A stretch of 64,000 bases of DNA from the human T2T-CHM13v2.0 reference genome, Homo sapiens. Under the pieces are notes generated by a model. That model made no database searches, had not been told where the DNA came from, and saw nothing but the letters and a program-made list of their open reading frames with translations. The DNA is taken from NCBI RefSeq assembly GCF_009914755.1, contig NC_060947.1; one strand, given 5' to 3'. This document shows positions 1-14,444 of this stretch, piece by piece (positions within the stretch are counted from its first letter, which is position 1; each line of letters opens with the position of its first letter). Position numbers and translations under genes: made by a program.

Positions 1-320
1 TTGACCATTTAGATGAAATGAGATAATTCTTTGAAAGATATAAAACTCCCTCAAGAAGACACAAATAACCTGAATAGCCTTCTGCCTATGAAAGGAATTG
101 AATTTGTAATTAAAAACCTCCTTCCCACATCTAGGATCAAATGGCCTTGCTGGTAAATTTACCAACTTCCCAAGAAAAAAAGGATGCCAATTCTAAACAG
201 ACTTTTCAGGAAATTGGAGGGAACACCTCTCAACTCATTTTACATTTTACATCAGCACTTCCCTGATCCCAAAACCAGACAAAAGCCAGACAAGAAAACG
301 ACAGATCTCATGAACATACA
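1..320 (+). mobile_element. Old L1 (L1M) ORF2 fragment
   Basis: Decayed ORF2 motifs: aacctgaatag, gaatttgtaattaaaaacctc, ccctgatcccaaaaccagacaaa. Confidence 0.75.
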
Positions 321-559
321 TACACATACCTCCACGCATAAAAACAATATTCAATCAGTGTAGAAGTACTCCACCTAAAGAGCTTCTACAGAACTTGAAT
401 CCATTAGTTAAAAATACTAAAATGCCACACTATTTCATTAGTTTGCAACAACCACTGATTAGTATCACAGAGGACTATATTTATTAGCTAAATTTCAATT
501 TAAACCTTAACCTAACTGATGGATGAGATAAAAGGCTCTAATTTTTTTAAAAAAGAGAC

Positions 560-729
<170 letters not shown>

Positions 730-951
730 TCATGAACTTCTGTCTGGATATAAACAGTGATTAAAGCTGAGTATCAAAACAATCTGAATTTAAAACAAGA
801 TTTTTAAATTGCTAGATCACACAATTTTAAACCAATATTTTAAAAAATGGAGCACACTTAAACACATGGCTCTGTAAAACACACTGTATAAAAATTTTCT
901 TAAAGTACTTTGGTGCTATTAATTTTAAAAACTTAAACAGATTATTTTATT

Positions 952-1237
952 ATTATTGTTTTGAGACAGGATCTTGCTCTGTGACCCAGGCTGGAGCAGA
1001 GTCAAACAATCATAGCAGCCTTGACCTCCTGGGCTCAAAACGATTCTCCAGCCTCAGCCTCCCGAATAGCTGGGACTACAGGTGCATGTCACCATGCCTG
1101 GTAAATTTTTTTATGTTTTGTAGAGACAGGGTCTCCCTATGTTAGCTAAGCTAGTCTTGAAGTTCTGCTTCAAGTAATCCTCTTGCCTCGGCCTCTCAAA
1201 GCCCTGGGCTTAGAGATGTGAGCCACTGTACCCGGCC
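952..1237 (-). mobile_element. AluJ
   Basis: Reverse Alu with J features (ctcctgggctcaa); TSD gattattttatt at 940-951 and 1238-1249. Confidence 0.9.
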
Positions 1238-1509
1238 GATTATTTTATTTTAGCTTATCCTTCTTGCATTTCTATTGCTGTGAATTATTTCTAAGGTGGA
1301 GTAGATAAACAAACACACACCAATGTGTCTAGACTGGAATGCAGCTCAACATTCTTATTGATGGAGAATGAATCAAAAACGGTTTTGGACGACTGCTTTA
1401 CACCACCACAACATACTGAGATCTCCAAAATGCTTGGGACTCCTATGAAGATGAAAGCCAAGACAAGACTATGACCACAGTCAGAGATTACGGGACATCC
1501 GTCAATTAT

Positions 1510-1640
1510 ACGCCCTCTTTGGGCCTCAATTTTGTCATCTGTCAAAGAGCAATGATTAACGTTCCTCATGGAATTAATTCACAAGAAGAACAATGCCTGG
1601 AAAATGACATGGGTGAGGAAGCCCCAGATAAATGTTAGGT
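1510..1640 (+). mobile_element. MIR fragment
   Basis: gggcctcaattttgtcatctgtcaaa resembles the MIR core. Confidence 0.5.
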
Positions 1641-2650
1641 AGTGTCGTTATCATCAGATATAGCTCCAGTGTATCATCAGGAATGAACGATCCTAATCAC
1701 CTGATTCAAAACTGCCTGATGCCTTCACAAAGTTTTTCATCTTTTAAAGAGTGCACACAAACTTTGTCTCACTCAGTGGCTTTCCCTGAGAAGTAAAAGA
1801 CGAAAAAATGCAAATGGAGTTCTGTTCTAGGGAGAAGCTGGTTAATTATGTGTATAAATGAACTCCAGTTCCCAGCTCCTAGAATTTGGTGTGCTTCCGT
1901 GGGTTTACAGGAAGGGCAGAGAGACAGATATCTAGGTATCTGTTGCTCCAAACAATCAGCTCACAGGACACATCTCCAGGGGAAGAACTGGGGAATGTGG
2001 AGAATCAGCACTGTGAGTGGGAAGAAACGCTCCTGCTTTCCTCCATCCTAGAGACCCAAGGTGGGTGAGAACAGGGATGTGCAATTAAACAGGATTAAAC
2101 AAAGGAAAGAGGCAGAAGACAGGCAGCTGCCGCGCGGTCTCAGGTGTTCGTGGCATTCTTTTGTTGGGTGATCTGGCCATCAGAACCCTACAAGCCTGAA
2201 CATTCTCTGTACTACCTAAGACCTGCAGTGAGCAACAGAATCAAGTGGGGGGTACCGGGGGTTGACAACGCAAAGTGGGAGAGGGAACCGCTTAGAGGGC
2301 CGTGCATGTCATTAACGCTGTGTGCCGAGAACCATGTCCTGGGCCTCAGTCTAGAAGAGCTCTATGAAGTGAGACATGGAAGACAGCCCGTGCCACTGGG
2401 GCAGACGATGTGGTCAGCTGATGGATGCCACCTGGCTACCTGTGAGAAGACGCTGATGCTATCCCAGGACCAGACACACCTGTGGGATTCTGCTGAGCCT
2501 CCACTTCCTGCATGGGCATCCTAAGGGTGCCTGGCCCGTCACCCCACCCCACCATGGGGAAGGTGCTTTGGCATGCTGTCTTTCTTAGGGGCTACTTTTG
2601 CAACTGCCTGAACAGCAGGTGTTATGCTTCAAAAGCTTTGTGTGACTGAG

Positions 2651-3011
2651 AGCAGTGGGTTGAACGGTAGCCCCCAAACAGAAGTCCTCACCCATGGTAC
2701 TTCTGTCTTGTTTAGAAAAAGGGTCTTTGGAGATGTAATTAAGTTAAAAATCTTGAGATGAGCTCACTTTGCCACGTGGAAACGGAGGCAGAGACTGAAG
2801 TGATGTGGCCACAAGCCCAGGGATGCCTAGAGCCCCCAGGAGCTGGGAAAGGCAGGAAGGATCCTCCCCTAGAGCCTACAGAGGGAGTGTGGCCCTGAGA
2901 CACCTTGATTTCAGACTTCCAGTCTCCAGAACTGGGAGACAGTCAACTTCTGTTATTAGAAGTTGCTGAGTTTTCAGTATCTTGTGGCAGCAGCCCCAGG
3001 AAATGAACACA
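2651..3011 (+). mobile_element. MLT1 (MLT1B/C-like) MaLR solo LTR
   Basis: gggtctttggagatgtaattaagtt; ggcaggaaggatcctcccctagagcc; caccttgatttcagacttccag. Confidence 0.85.
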
Positions 3012-3403
3012 CAGGTGCTCTGTTCTTGAATGTGAATGAGCAGAACAGACACTGCCAGGTGTTTGTGGAAGAAGACTCAAACAGGCAGAAGACAGGAATC
3101 TGCCAGAAAAAAATGACAATCCAGAGAAAAGTGGGCGAGGAAGCAACAGTCATGATAATAATTAGTATTCATGGAGACATATAAGTTACTGAGTCCTTAA
3201 AACAAAAACAGAATGCTAGAAAAGAACAATTCCCAGAAGAAGAAAGAACATATGAGGATTAAAATAAATCAGGAGAGGAGGGCCGACACAGGCAATGTCA
3301 GCTACGACACCAAGCTGTCTGGGATGCGGTTCAAGACAGTTGTGGGGGGCAGGTGGTGGACAGACGGCTGCTCTTTCTCGTTCCTTAGAAATATGTCCGG
3401 TTT

Positions 3404-3713
3404 GGCTGGGCATGGTGGCTCATGCCTACAATCTCAGCACTTTGGGAGGCCGAGGTGGGCGGATTACTTGAGGTCAGGAGTTGCAGACCAGCCTGACCAA
3501 CATGGTGAAATCCCATCTCTACTAAAAACACAAAAATTAGCCAGGCGTGGAGGCACATGCTTGTAATCCCAGCTACTCGAGAGGCTGAGGCAGGAGAATC
3601 ACTGGAACTCAAGAGACGGAGGTTGCAGTCAGCCGAGATCACACCACTGCACTCGACAGAGAAAGACTGTCTCAACAACAACAACAACAAAAAAAAAAAG
3701 AAGGAAAAAAAAA
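3404..3713 (+). mobile_element. AluS (Sx/Sz-like)
   Basis: Full dimeric Alu with (CAA)n/A tail. Confidence 0.92.
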
Positions 3714-4499
3714 GAAATACGTCGTGATTTTTAAAACATTGACAATATTCAAATATACACAGAAAGAAACTGCCTGATTGATATTGCTTTATTTCCTGTG
3801 AGGCAGTTTCACTTCCTGAGGACTACAGAGAAACCCTGTCACCCTCCGGCCTCCATCCTCTTCCTAAGACTCAGAATCTGAGCTGTTACCTGCATCTTTG
3901 CGGGTGAAGACATAGCTCATGTGCTTTCACTTCCTGGAAACTTTACCAGGCTTCTCACACCCTTGTAACCCGCTGGGATTCACCACAACACCTCCAGCAG
4001 CTGGCTGCAGTTATTGCGGTTGTATGTATGTGGTTAGAAACTTCCACTCAAGAATGAGTCACAACCTCTGCACTCCCAAGACCCCATGCAGACATCCAGT
4101 GAATAAACTGCTTATTTCCTGCCGTCTGTTTTCCTCATCCTCGTACTCCATCCTCTCTGTTCTTAGGAATGGAAGGCAGTGGTGGGGGCAGGAATCATTC
4201 CTTTTCCTTGCAGTACATGTGTGCAGCATGGAATAGAAAGTGATTTCAGATACATAGTGGGAAGGTGAGCTAGTTTTCCTTTGACTCCATCCATGGCTTA
4301 TGAAGCAAGCTGAATGCTGGCTGTGGGGGTGTGAGGATGGCCCCTGCACTACACAACAATGCTCAGAGTTTCTCAGGGTTTGTGTTTCCAATTAGGAGGC
4401 CACGCTTGGCTGGCACATGCTGGGCCCTCAATAAATATCTATGACCGATATTGAATGGACAATTAAGGCAAAGGTCATTAAAAATAACATTTGGCTATG

Positions 4500-4687
4500 T
4501 GAAAATCACTCAGATTCTAGATTTTAAGTGTTCTCCCCACAAAACATGATGAGAAAGTGAGATGATGCATGTGTTCATTACCTTGACGCAGCCACTCCAC
4601 AATGTATACATACTTCAAAACACGTTGTGTGTGATAACTATATACGATTTCTATTTGTCAATTAAAAAATAAATAAGTTAAAAAAAT
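4500..4687 (+). mobile_element. L1MA 3' end
   Basis: agattttaagtgttctccccacaaaa...tttctatttgtcaattaaaaaataaat. Confidence 0.75.
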
Positions 4688-5549
4688 AGCATCCGGTTAT
4701 CCGAGTTCATGGTGGGGAGCCTTCTCATGAAGCGGTTAGCATTCTCCTTTACACAAGACAGACCTGTTACTCTCTAATAAGATGCTGCCTCCTGGAAAAT
4801 GTGTACCCAGAGAGCACACACGGTCCAGCAGACGTCGCTGTTGTGGTATAGCACATGGAGGCAGGGGATAAGATTCGATGTGATTGACAGGCACATTTAT
4901 CCAAGAGAAAACTTTCAAGATCTGATGGAGTAATGCAGGGTTTCCATTCTTATTTCTTGCCTACTTGAAGTTCCTTGAGCGAGCTGAAAGCACTTACTGT
5001 TGCGAGGCTTCCTAAGGAAACATCAGTTCCAGGTTCTTCACAAATGTCACACGTGATCTCACAAGGGTACCATGTTCTGAACAACACTGAGCTTTGGAAT
5101 ACTAGAATTGTTGGCACTTCACAATGCAAGGACTTGTCTCGCTCTCTGAACCCTGGGTTTTACGTGGGCAACTTGGCAAGTCCACGAGCCTTCGGTCATC
5201 AATGGACAGTCAGGGGCCACATGCAGGAAGCTGTTGCTGTGTGAAGAGCTGATGCCCTGAGAGAGTGACCAAGAAGGGAGAAAGATGTCTGCAGGTCAAA
5301 CAGGCACCTGGGATTCCATAAAATGGATGCAAGTTAACTTTAAATCATAAGGGGTAAGCTGTGTAGGTCAGGTATTTACAAAGGGGTCCACGAAATGGAT
5401 TTTAGCAAACTTCCTTTAAGTTTAACATCTGTTTAACTTTTAAAAACATATGCTGATGCATTTATTTCTTGTTCAAGATTTATCGAAGGAAACATAATTC
5501 CATGAGGACACGCTGCTACCATTGTGATAAATGGATTGGTCATGCTCAG

Positions 5550-6056
5550 TGACAAAAGTGTCTCCTGGACCAGACTCTACTCAGGCTGCTCTGAGTCTTT
5601 TTCTCCACAAGGCCCCCACACTGGCCTATAAAGACTTGAACAAGTTCAACAGCTCAAGGTCACACCGCTACATGACTCTAGCCCCCTTAAAGTACTTGCC
5701 TACGAAAACTCAAGGCTGCCAAAATAACTGATTGTTGGTTCCAGCCACTCCTGCAGACAAGCCTCTGTGGAAGGGCAGGAGCCTGACTTCTATCAGCACC
5801 AGTGAAACCCAGATGGCTTCACACTGACCAAACCCTCTTCCTGCTTTCTGCAATTTTCACTTCCCCAACTCTGCTGAGCCCCTGCTGACCCCTCCCTACT
5901 CCCTGAATTTCCCTTTAAAATGCCCAGTCACCTCTGGGATAATTGATGTTGAGCCCAGTTTCACATTGGTCTCTTTTCTCTATTGCAATAGTATATTATG
6001 GAAGAAAATCTGTGCTGATCGCTTTAACTACTGTCTGGCTGTGTTTATCCTTGACA
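5550..6056 (+). mobile_element. MER31-type ERV1 solo LTR
   Basis: Starts TGACAAAA..CTCCTGGACCAGACTCTACTCAGGCT, ends TTTATCCTTGACA (TG...CA). Confidence 0.7.
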
Positions 6057-6855
6057 CTAGAAAATAACCAAAGTCAAATTCCCCAAAGCATATAGTATTC
6101 ACATTCATATATATAGTTTTAAAAACTGTGACTTTAAGTATAAATTTAAAAGAAATATTAACTAATTTAGGAAATCTGGCTAATATAGATTCTTGATTTT
6201 TTATAAGTTCTGTATGTTTATCTATTAAAATGGAACCATCACTTACAAACACTACTGTGCGCTTTTTAGTTCCCTCACAGGAAACCTCTGGTAGCCACAG
6301 CCACTGTGAGTGGGCGTCTCTTAATGATTTACTGCAGAGCCATGCCTCAGGCTATCCCTCTTCTGATCTTCTCCAAGCTCTAGGGAGCATGCTTCTTTCT
6401 CAGACATCATTGATTTTGGCAGAGCACCTCCTTCCTTTTTCTAGGCCTTCCAAATGAATTCTGCTCTTTTGAAAAGGTGCTTGCTGCTAGGGAGAGGGCC
6501 CTTGGCTGTGTGCAGATCTTCAGTCCTAATTTACTAGGGACCCGGCACCAACTCAAAGCTAATATCAGGGATCGCCACTTATGGAATTTGCACCACAGGA
6601 TCCGGCTTATGGAATTGAGTGACTAACCTATATCCTGGACGTAAGACAGTGTGGTAGTGTGGAAGGAAAGGAAACAGGAGAAAGGAATTGGGTTGAGGGG
6701 CTGGAAGAGGAGCAAGGCTCTGGCAAGACTGGCTGAACCTCATGGAACACTCCAGCCAAACACGACTGACTGAGTCCGCGCCCCAGCTCAGGGCCCTCCT
6801 GGGGCAACCTGAACAGTGGCAGTCTGAGCTGGGAGTAGGAAAGTATGGGTGGAGG

Positions 6856-7297
6856 TGTACTGGCTTGACAGTGCTCTCCCCACAAAATTCATGTTCACCT
6901 AAAACGTGGGAATAGGACCTTAGTTGGAAATAGGGTCTTTGCAGATGTAATCAAGTTATTATGAGGCCATACTAAATTAAGGTTGGACCCTAAATCCAAA
7001 GAAAGGAGAGGGAAATTTGGAGACAAAGACACACAGGACGAGGGAGGGCGTGTGAAAATGGAGACAGAGATTGGGGAGTTGAAGGTACAAGCCAAGGAAA
7101 GCTAAGGGTGGCCGGCAACTACCAGCAGCTGAAAAGAGGCAGGAAGGATCCTTCCCTAGAGCCTTGAGAGGGAGTGCAGCCCTGCTCACACCTTGACTTC
7201 GGACTTCTAGCCTTCTGAGGTGTCAGACAGTTAAGTTTCTGCTGCTTTAAGCCACGGAGTTTGTTAATTAACACAGCACTACCAGGAAGCTAATACA
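6856..7297 (+). mobile_element. MLT1C-like MaLR solo LTR
   Basis: aaattcatgttcac..ggaaatagggtctttgcagatgtaatc..ends gctaataca. Confidence 0.85.
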
Positions 7298-8030
7298 GTG
7301 GGTTGACCCTGGAGGAGAAAACTTGGATAGACTGAGGTTCTATCTGTGAGATGACCTTAAACCATCTTAATTATCTTTCTCAAATTCTGGTACTTGACAC
7401 ACAAATTTGTGATACTTGATGGGGAGACAGTGTGGGAAACCTGTGTTTCCTTTTTTGGCAAACATTAAATACTGACAGAAATAAAGCAGTTATGAAAATA
7501 AATATAAACTAACTCCTTTCAAATCTTCAAACAAACAGTTGCAAGAGTCCAGTTTACATTTATTTGGTCTGCTGGTCCCAGGGCAATACAGGCGATGAGC
7601 ATCCGACTGCCTTTGCTGTTCTACCCACAGCTGGCTGCTTGCTTTGTGGCAATAGGTGCTGTCTAATGTTCTCCGGGGTCACTGAAATGTGATCGGCCTA
7701 AACTCCTCCAGCCAAAGAAGCACCTTTCTCTAGAATCTCGTTATCAGTATCACTGATGGCACAGCTTGTGTTCTGGTCCAATTTCATAGACTTATAGCAG
7801 AATTTTAGATTAAAATGGAAAGCCAGGGAGGGCAATTCAAACCACTGATCAATGCCTGGTAATTAAGGATGGATCAAATAATAAAAATTAAAACAAAACT
7901 ATTTTTTTCAGCCATTGAAAATAAAAGAGACAAAGTAATATAGAGAGTAATGCAGAAATTTTATTTAAGGAAAATTAATTTTGCATTTCTACATTAGTTT
8001 TTATGAAGTAAACGTAGGACTACAGCGTGT

Positions 8031-8136
8031 AATTTTTTTTTTAAGTAGCAACAGGATTTTACCAGGCTGGTCTCAAACTCCTGTCCTCAAGCAATCTGCC
8101 TACCTTGGCCTCCCACAGTGCTGCAACTACAGGTGT
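8031..8136 (-). mobile_element. Alu left-monomer/FLAM fragment
   Basis: caggctggtctcaaactcctg..ttggcctccca..tacaggtgt. Confidence 0.75.
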
Positions 8137-8286
8137 ACAATGTGATAGTGGGACTGAATGGTCTCTCTCATTCCTCTGCTAAGCACTAGGACTTTAGAAG
8201 AAAAGCCTCTCCACCTGATCCTACTGACCCTAAGTGCCCCTCCTCCAGGCAGGACTTGACACCTTAATGTTAAAAATGACTCAATA

Positions 8287-8762
8287 TTTCCCTGTGCTGT
8301 AGATTTGTCTCTGTAACAACTTAACGTGAAAATTTCCCTCTCACTATAGCATGGTGTACTGATCCTTGATCCTTGTTTTCCCTTATAAAGAATGACTAGA
8401 CTAGGACTTAAACAATAAAATGCCGTTTTATTAATAGCATGGGATACATGTGAGTGTCCTTGTGTTCCAGATTTGCCACTGTAACAATTTACATACAAAT
8501 TGCCCTCTGACTCTAGCAAGTAGTACTAACCCCTGATCCCTTTTTTAAATCCCTTGCAGAGAATTATTAGACTAGTACTTCGCAGTATAATGCCCTTTTA
8601 ATAAGCACATGGAATGCATGAGAGTTTCCTTGTGTTCTAGATGTGCCTCTGTGACAACCTGCATGCAAACTGCTCTCTGACTCTAACGTTGGCTACTGAT
8701 CCATGATCCTTGCTTCTCTCTCCTTTTAGAAAACGGCTATACTAGGAATGAACAGCATAATA
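8287..8762. repeat. Diverged tandem repeat, ~170-bp unit, ~2.8 copies
   Basis: Anchor AGATTTG/AGATGTG at 8301, 8469, 8639; shared blocks CTGT(A/G)ACAA, CTCT(G/C)ACT.TA, TACT.A.CC.TGATCC, TA(G/T)ACTAG. Confidence 0.85.
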
Positions 8763-11118
8763 TCAACAAAAATGACAACCAAAGTTTAAGTTCTAAGCCT
8801 CTTGAAAGGGAGGAACAAATATATAGATTACAGGAGTGTCTGGAAAGGATGCATGTTCCCCAGAGGACAACATTTCAGATGTGGGTTGCCACAACAGAAG
8901 AGTGGGGGCTGAGCCGCCAGGCAGATTCTCAGTAAGCTACACAGCACCACCTGGGGGCACAGGTGGGAGCCTTCTCCAAACTCGAAGTTACTACCTGTAG
9001 TCAGTTTTTCCATCAGTGGGCCTCGAAATGTTGGTGTTTAAGAGTTGTTGTCATGAGGTAACTTCCTTCCCCAGAGAAGAGTTCTCCAGGATCTTTTTTG
9101 GTTGTGCATAAAAGAGAGTGAGGTGAAGGGACCTGGTGGGCTCACAGCGCAGGGTGCAGGGATCTTTTATCTACGTCCTCCACTGTGCCTGATCACCGGA
9201 GATCTGAAGTCTCTCTGGCTCTGTGTATAAACCTGTTTTCTGCCCCAGGTGGCATTCTGAATGCACAGCTTGGGGTGGAGGGCCCAATGGCTCCACTACT
9301 TCACATCCGGGATTTCAACCTGCTCTGTGGTGTTTTAGCTCTTCGTTTTATCCTGCCTTTTGTTTTTTTTTGAAACACAAATTCAACTTACTACCTGTTT
9401 TTAAATGAAAAGAGTCAAAAAATATGATCTTATAACCTGTGAAAATGAGATGAAGTTCCACTTTCTGTGTCTGTAGAGACAGTTTGACTGGAGTGCAGCA
9501 CCAGCACCCACTCACGCACTGTTTACAGCTACTTGCTTCTTAACACAGCAAAGCTAAAGGCTTCACACATATACCATGGGGTCTGTAAAGCTGAAAACAC
9601 AGAGAAAGCTTATTGGCCCCTGATAGCAAACAAATCATGTGCAGGCCCAAGAGGTGAAAGAAAAGAGGGGGTAACATCAGGAAGACAGAAAAGTAAGAGG
9701 TAAATTTTGTAATGCAGGAAATCAGCCAGGCATTGACACCTAACCCCTTTGCCCCCTTGCCTGTGACACTAATAGGAAGAATTATTGTCAGTTCTTCAAG
9801 AAATTCATGCACAGACCAGATAGGAAATTTACCTCATGAGAGAACTGCCCTCCTAGAAACGGAATCCAAAAATCCCCAACGAGTTTCTTCCATTAACCAC
9901 TTAACTAAATATTCTCTACAAGTGCTCAAATTATTAGAGCGTTATTAGAGCAAATTATCAAAACAATGTTGAGAATTTAAAGTATATATAGTATCTAAAT
10001 ATTATATATACTATATAATAACTCATTGAAAAACATATAGCATAAGGGTTTATTAATGTTTATTAAAGTCTGATGTTCAGTTCCTGTACTTATGCAGCTA
10101 AATCCAAATACAGATATATTTTAGCTTACCATGCATAGAATATTTTATGAGCCATAGACCCACCATTTCAATGCAACCAAAGGAGCAGAAATTTTTAAAT
10201 TTAAAAAAATTTTTCTTAGCCCTGTGAAATTGAATTCATATAAATCCCTAATAGACAAAAAGGATGTATATAAAGATCAAATCAATTTGATATACCAACA
10301 TGCTTAAAATCTCCTTATTAAATTGCGCTTACAATAGGCTGTGCATGGTACAAAGAAAACTCAGTAAAATAAGACTCATACAACCCAGACAGTATCTGCA
10401 TTGGGAATTTCGTACTATTTTCTAAAATGTGGGACATTCAGGAAATGTCCACTTCCCCCTAGCTAGCTGGTAAGTGACCCTTTGATCATATGCCTCACAT
10501 CTCATCTCAGTCTTACAGGGACAGGCAGTTTCAACACCAGAAGCTCCTGTGTTGTCACAATGAAGAGGCTGGAGGCTACCATGTAAGCGACCCACTAGCC
10601 CCGACTTCACCCCAACCAGGCCAGACACAATCAGACACAATCTTGTGCTCCCCGCCATGTGACAAAGGTTACTACCACTGGCAAATTCTGAGTTCAGTGT
10701 GCAAATGTGCTATCAGTTTCAGAATCTGCTCTTTGCCCTGAAAATCAAGTAAAATGCATTCTTTTGTATTATGTAACAGATGAGAAGGAGATGACTTTGC
10801 AGAGTTTTACGTTGATATGAGAAAGAAGTGGCACTGAACACTTCCAAAGGGTCAATGGTGACTCCATGAAAAAGACTTTATGATCGTCAGGAGCCTCCTG
10901 TCCTCACAGAAGCTATACCAGCATTCTTTCTGGAGATTATATGATCTCTGTAGCCAGCTGTCAATGGTAAATAAAAAAGAAAGGGAAAGATACCGAGGAA
11001 CAGTATTTTGTTCTGATCAGGACACACTTAGTTCACCACTTGACTGTGGTAACTCAGGTCTCCTAGGTTTCACTAGAATGTGGAAAGCTCTGGAAACTCA
11101 AAGGGAAGGCACATTTAA

Positions 11119-11425
<307 letters not shown>

Positions 11426-12765
11426 TTAAATGGACTTTTTCTTTCATTGGCTTTCTTAAGATCTGGAGAACCTGACCAACTATCTCAAAATACTGACCAT
11501 CCTCAGAAAAATATTTGATTTTGTGTCTTCTTTGATTTGCCAGAAAGCTGCTTACAGTACTAATTTCATTTACTTTGAATCACTTTTCGGGTTGCTACTT
11601 CTAAGGATCTATCACTACAAAATAAATGTATAAAACAGCTATTTAAATAGCTTATGATTAATAGCCAAAGGAAAAGATACAAACTAGGAAATGTTAACAT
11701 AATAGCTCATTCAATTTTCCTGATTTTCTACTATAGCTCTCTACGTGATTAAACAATGTAAATTCTCTTACCTAAACAAGCACAAGTATTATAAAACCCA
11801 ATCTGAAGAAGGCATTTAACTCATCGTAGAGAATGCCATACCTGAGGTTCTCAATAAAAGCAGCCTGGTAATGGCCTACAAGGCCAGGGTCAAACTTCTC
11901 CTTCTCCGTTTCACTTCTCTGAACCTGTATCCTCACCTACATAATGCAAATAAGAACAACCCTGACTACGTCACAAAACAAACATAAAAGTGCAAATGAT
12001 ATAAAGATTGGGAAAGAGTTTCAGTTTTCAATTTCTTCACAAATAAGAGGTAACAGAAAAGTATTCTTCTTTTAAATAACTCACATCAAAAATGGATTCA
12101 TTTTGCCTTATGCATTCAACAATAAGACAAAAATAACAGAATACTTTAAGTTATAGTAATCCCAAACTAATTTTAAAGTTCTTAACCTAATTTGTGGACT
12201 ACTTACTATAAAATATCATAGTTTCCTATTGTCAATTTTTTTTTGCAAATATTTCATAGAAATTTCAGTTTTATGGCTAGAGCTTTGTTGTGAGGAGTTT
12301 CTGTTGATGGTGTCTCTGTCAATAGTCTCAAATATTAAAGTCTTGCTCTTACAGTCTACTCTCTAAGGAATCCTCTAGAAAGGAGAGAGTAAGACTTTCC
12401 CTGTATTCTTGTGTCTACCATGCTATGGAGATGAAAGGTCCCACCGTATAGAAGTGGTGCAGAAACCACCTCAAGAGAGTAGGCGTGGTGCGAGGTACTC
12501 CTGACCTCACTCAAACCTGCCCATGACACTGGGCCCAAGTCCCCATGACCCAGGTGCTTGGGGCGTATGAGAGACACCTGTCTTCCCTGATAAGAGTGTA
12601 TGATTCTGTTGGGGATAAGGAGATGCACTTATCCACAACACTTATGTGAAAAACCACATTTGTGTCTACTCACTACAGGCTTTCTACCTCATCTGCACAG
12701 GAGCTTTGCCAAAACACAACTCCAAAATCCTTGAATGGCTTCTTGCCATTTGAAAAAGAATAACT

Positions 12766-13022
12766 ATTGTTGTATGTGGTAAAACACCTACAATATAAAA
12801 TGTACTGTTTTAATGATTTCTCAGTGTACAATTCTGTGGCATTCAGTACATTCACATTGTTGTACAGCCATCACCACCATCCATGTCCAGAACGTGTTCA
12901 TCTCCCCAAGGTGAAACTCTGTCCCCATTAAATGCTAAAACCTCCATCCCCCTCCCCCAGCCCCTGGCAATCACAATTCTACTTTCTGCCTCTATGGATT
13001 TGACAACTCTAGGGACATCATA
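12766..13022 (-). mobile_element. L1MB 3' end
   Basis: gtacattcacattgttgtacagccatcaccacc..aaactctgtccccattaaa..cccagcccctggcaa. Confidence 0.85.
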
Positions 13023-13023
13023 C

Positions 13024-13229
13024 TGAAGCAGGAGAATAGGGTCTGGAGGCAGGGAACCGAAAGCTGATTCATGCTGACTTCCCAGAACTCAATCAAAAGG
13101 AAAACCCCAACTTTCCATGCCCAAGTAACAAAAGGACTGGATGCTATTCCCTTTGCAAGCCTCTCCTACCTTCTCTGTGTGGCAGATGGAAAACTGAAAG
13201 TATTTCTCATTGGTTGCTTTGTGCAACCA
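13024..13229 (+). mobile_element. MER51-type ERV1 LTR, 5' part only
   Basis: TGAAGCAGGAGAATAGGGTCTGGAGGCAGGGAACC..AAGTAACAAAAGGAC. Confidence 0.8.
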
Positions 13230-13608
13230 TTTCTACTACTGGCGCCAGGAGGCTGTGAGCGGGTGCTGGGACTCGGGGCAAGCTGGCAGCGCTCTACACC
13301 TGGATGCTCACCTAAAAGTCACTGCCCTCCCCACTCCCTCGTCCTGACTGCAGTGTGCAGAGAGTGCTGGCACCTAACACCCCTCAAAGCCTGTCTGTGC
13401 AGCTCCACAGTGCTGTCCTATGCTGTGAGCACACCCCTCCCGGAGGGACAGTGACTTGATTCAACCCATTGTGGTCATTTATCTACTCATTTCCTCTCCT
13501 TTGAATCGAGAGGTCCTTGAGGTAAGGATTTCTCTTGTTCATTATCCTATACTCCTAAAGACTTAGAAATCCACAGGAGAACCACCACACATTTAGAAAC
13601 AGAAACTG

Positions 13609-13931
13609 GGCCAGGTGTGGTGGCCCATTCCTGTAATCCTAGCACTTTGGGAGGCTGAGGCAGGAGGATCACTTGAGCCCAGGAGTTTGAGACCAGCCTG
13701 AACAATATAGTAGGGCCCTGTCTCTACAGAAAAGAAAGAAATAATTAGCTGGGCATGGTGGCACACATCTGAAGTGTCAGCTACTTGAGAGGCCAAGGTG
13801 GGAGGATCGCTTGGGTTTGGGGGGATCACTTGAGCCAGGGAGGTCAAGGCTGCAGTGAGCCATGACTGCACCACTACACTCCAGCCTTGGCAATAGAGTG
13901 AGATCCTGTGTCAAACAAACAAAGCAAAAAA
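13609..13931 (+). mobile_element. AluJ with a small internal duplication
   Basis: J features (gagcccaggag, aggctgcagtgagc); ggatcgcttg..ggatcacttg repeated near 13804-13832. Confidence 0.9.
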
Positions 13932-14133
13932 TATAAATTGTAATTCTTTGAGAAACATCTCCACATGCGCAGTGAGGTAATATCTAGGATGATCAGAAGC
14001 AAAGATTTGTATCTTATTCTCCTTAGTCTAGGATGTCTTCATTACAATTTACTAAATAACAAGGCAATTAGCTGCCTATGAAAGTCACTATATTCAGAAA
14101 AGAGGAATAATGTCCATATACATCATTGAATAA

Positions 14134-14444
<311 letters not shown>

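Noticed and set aside
8287-8762. Alpha satellite (171 bp) or a decayed C2H2 zinc-finger array (2 x 84 bp)
   Set aside because: The period fits, but there are no alphoid or CENP-B-box motifs, no 84-bp sub-period and no TGEKPY/CxxC pattern.
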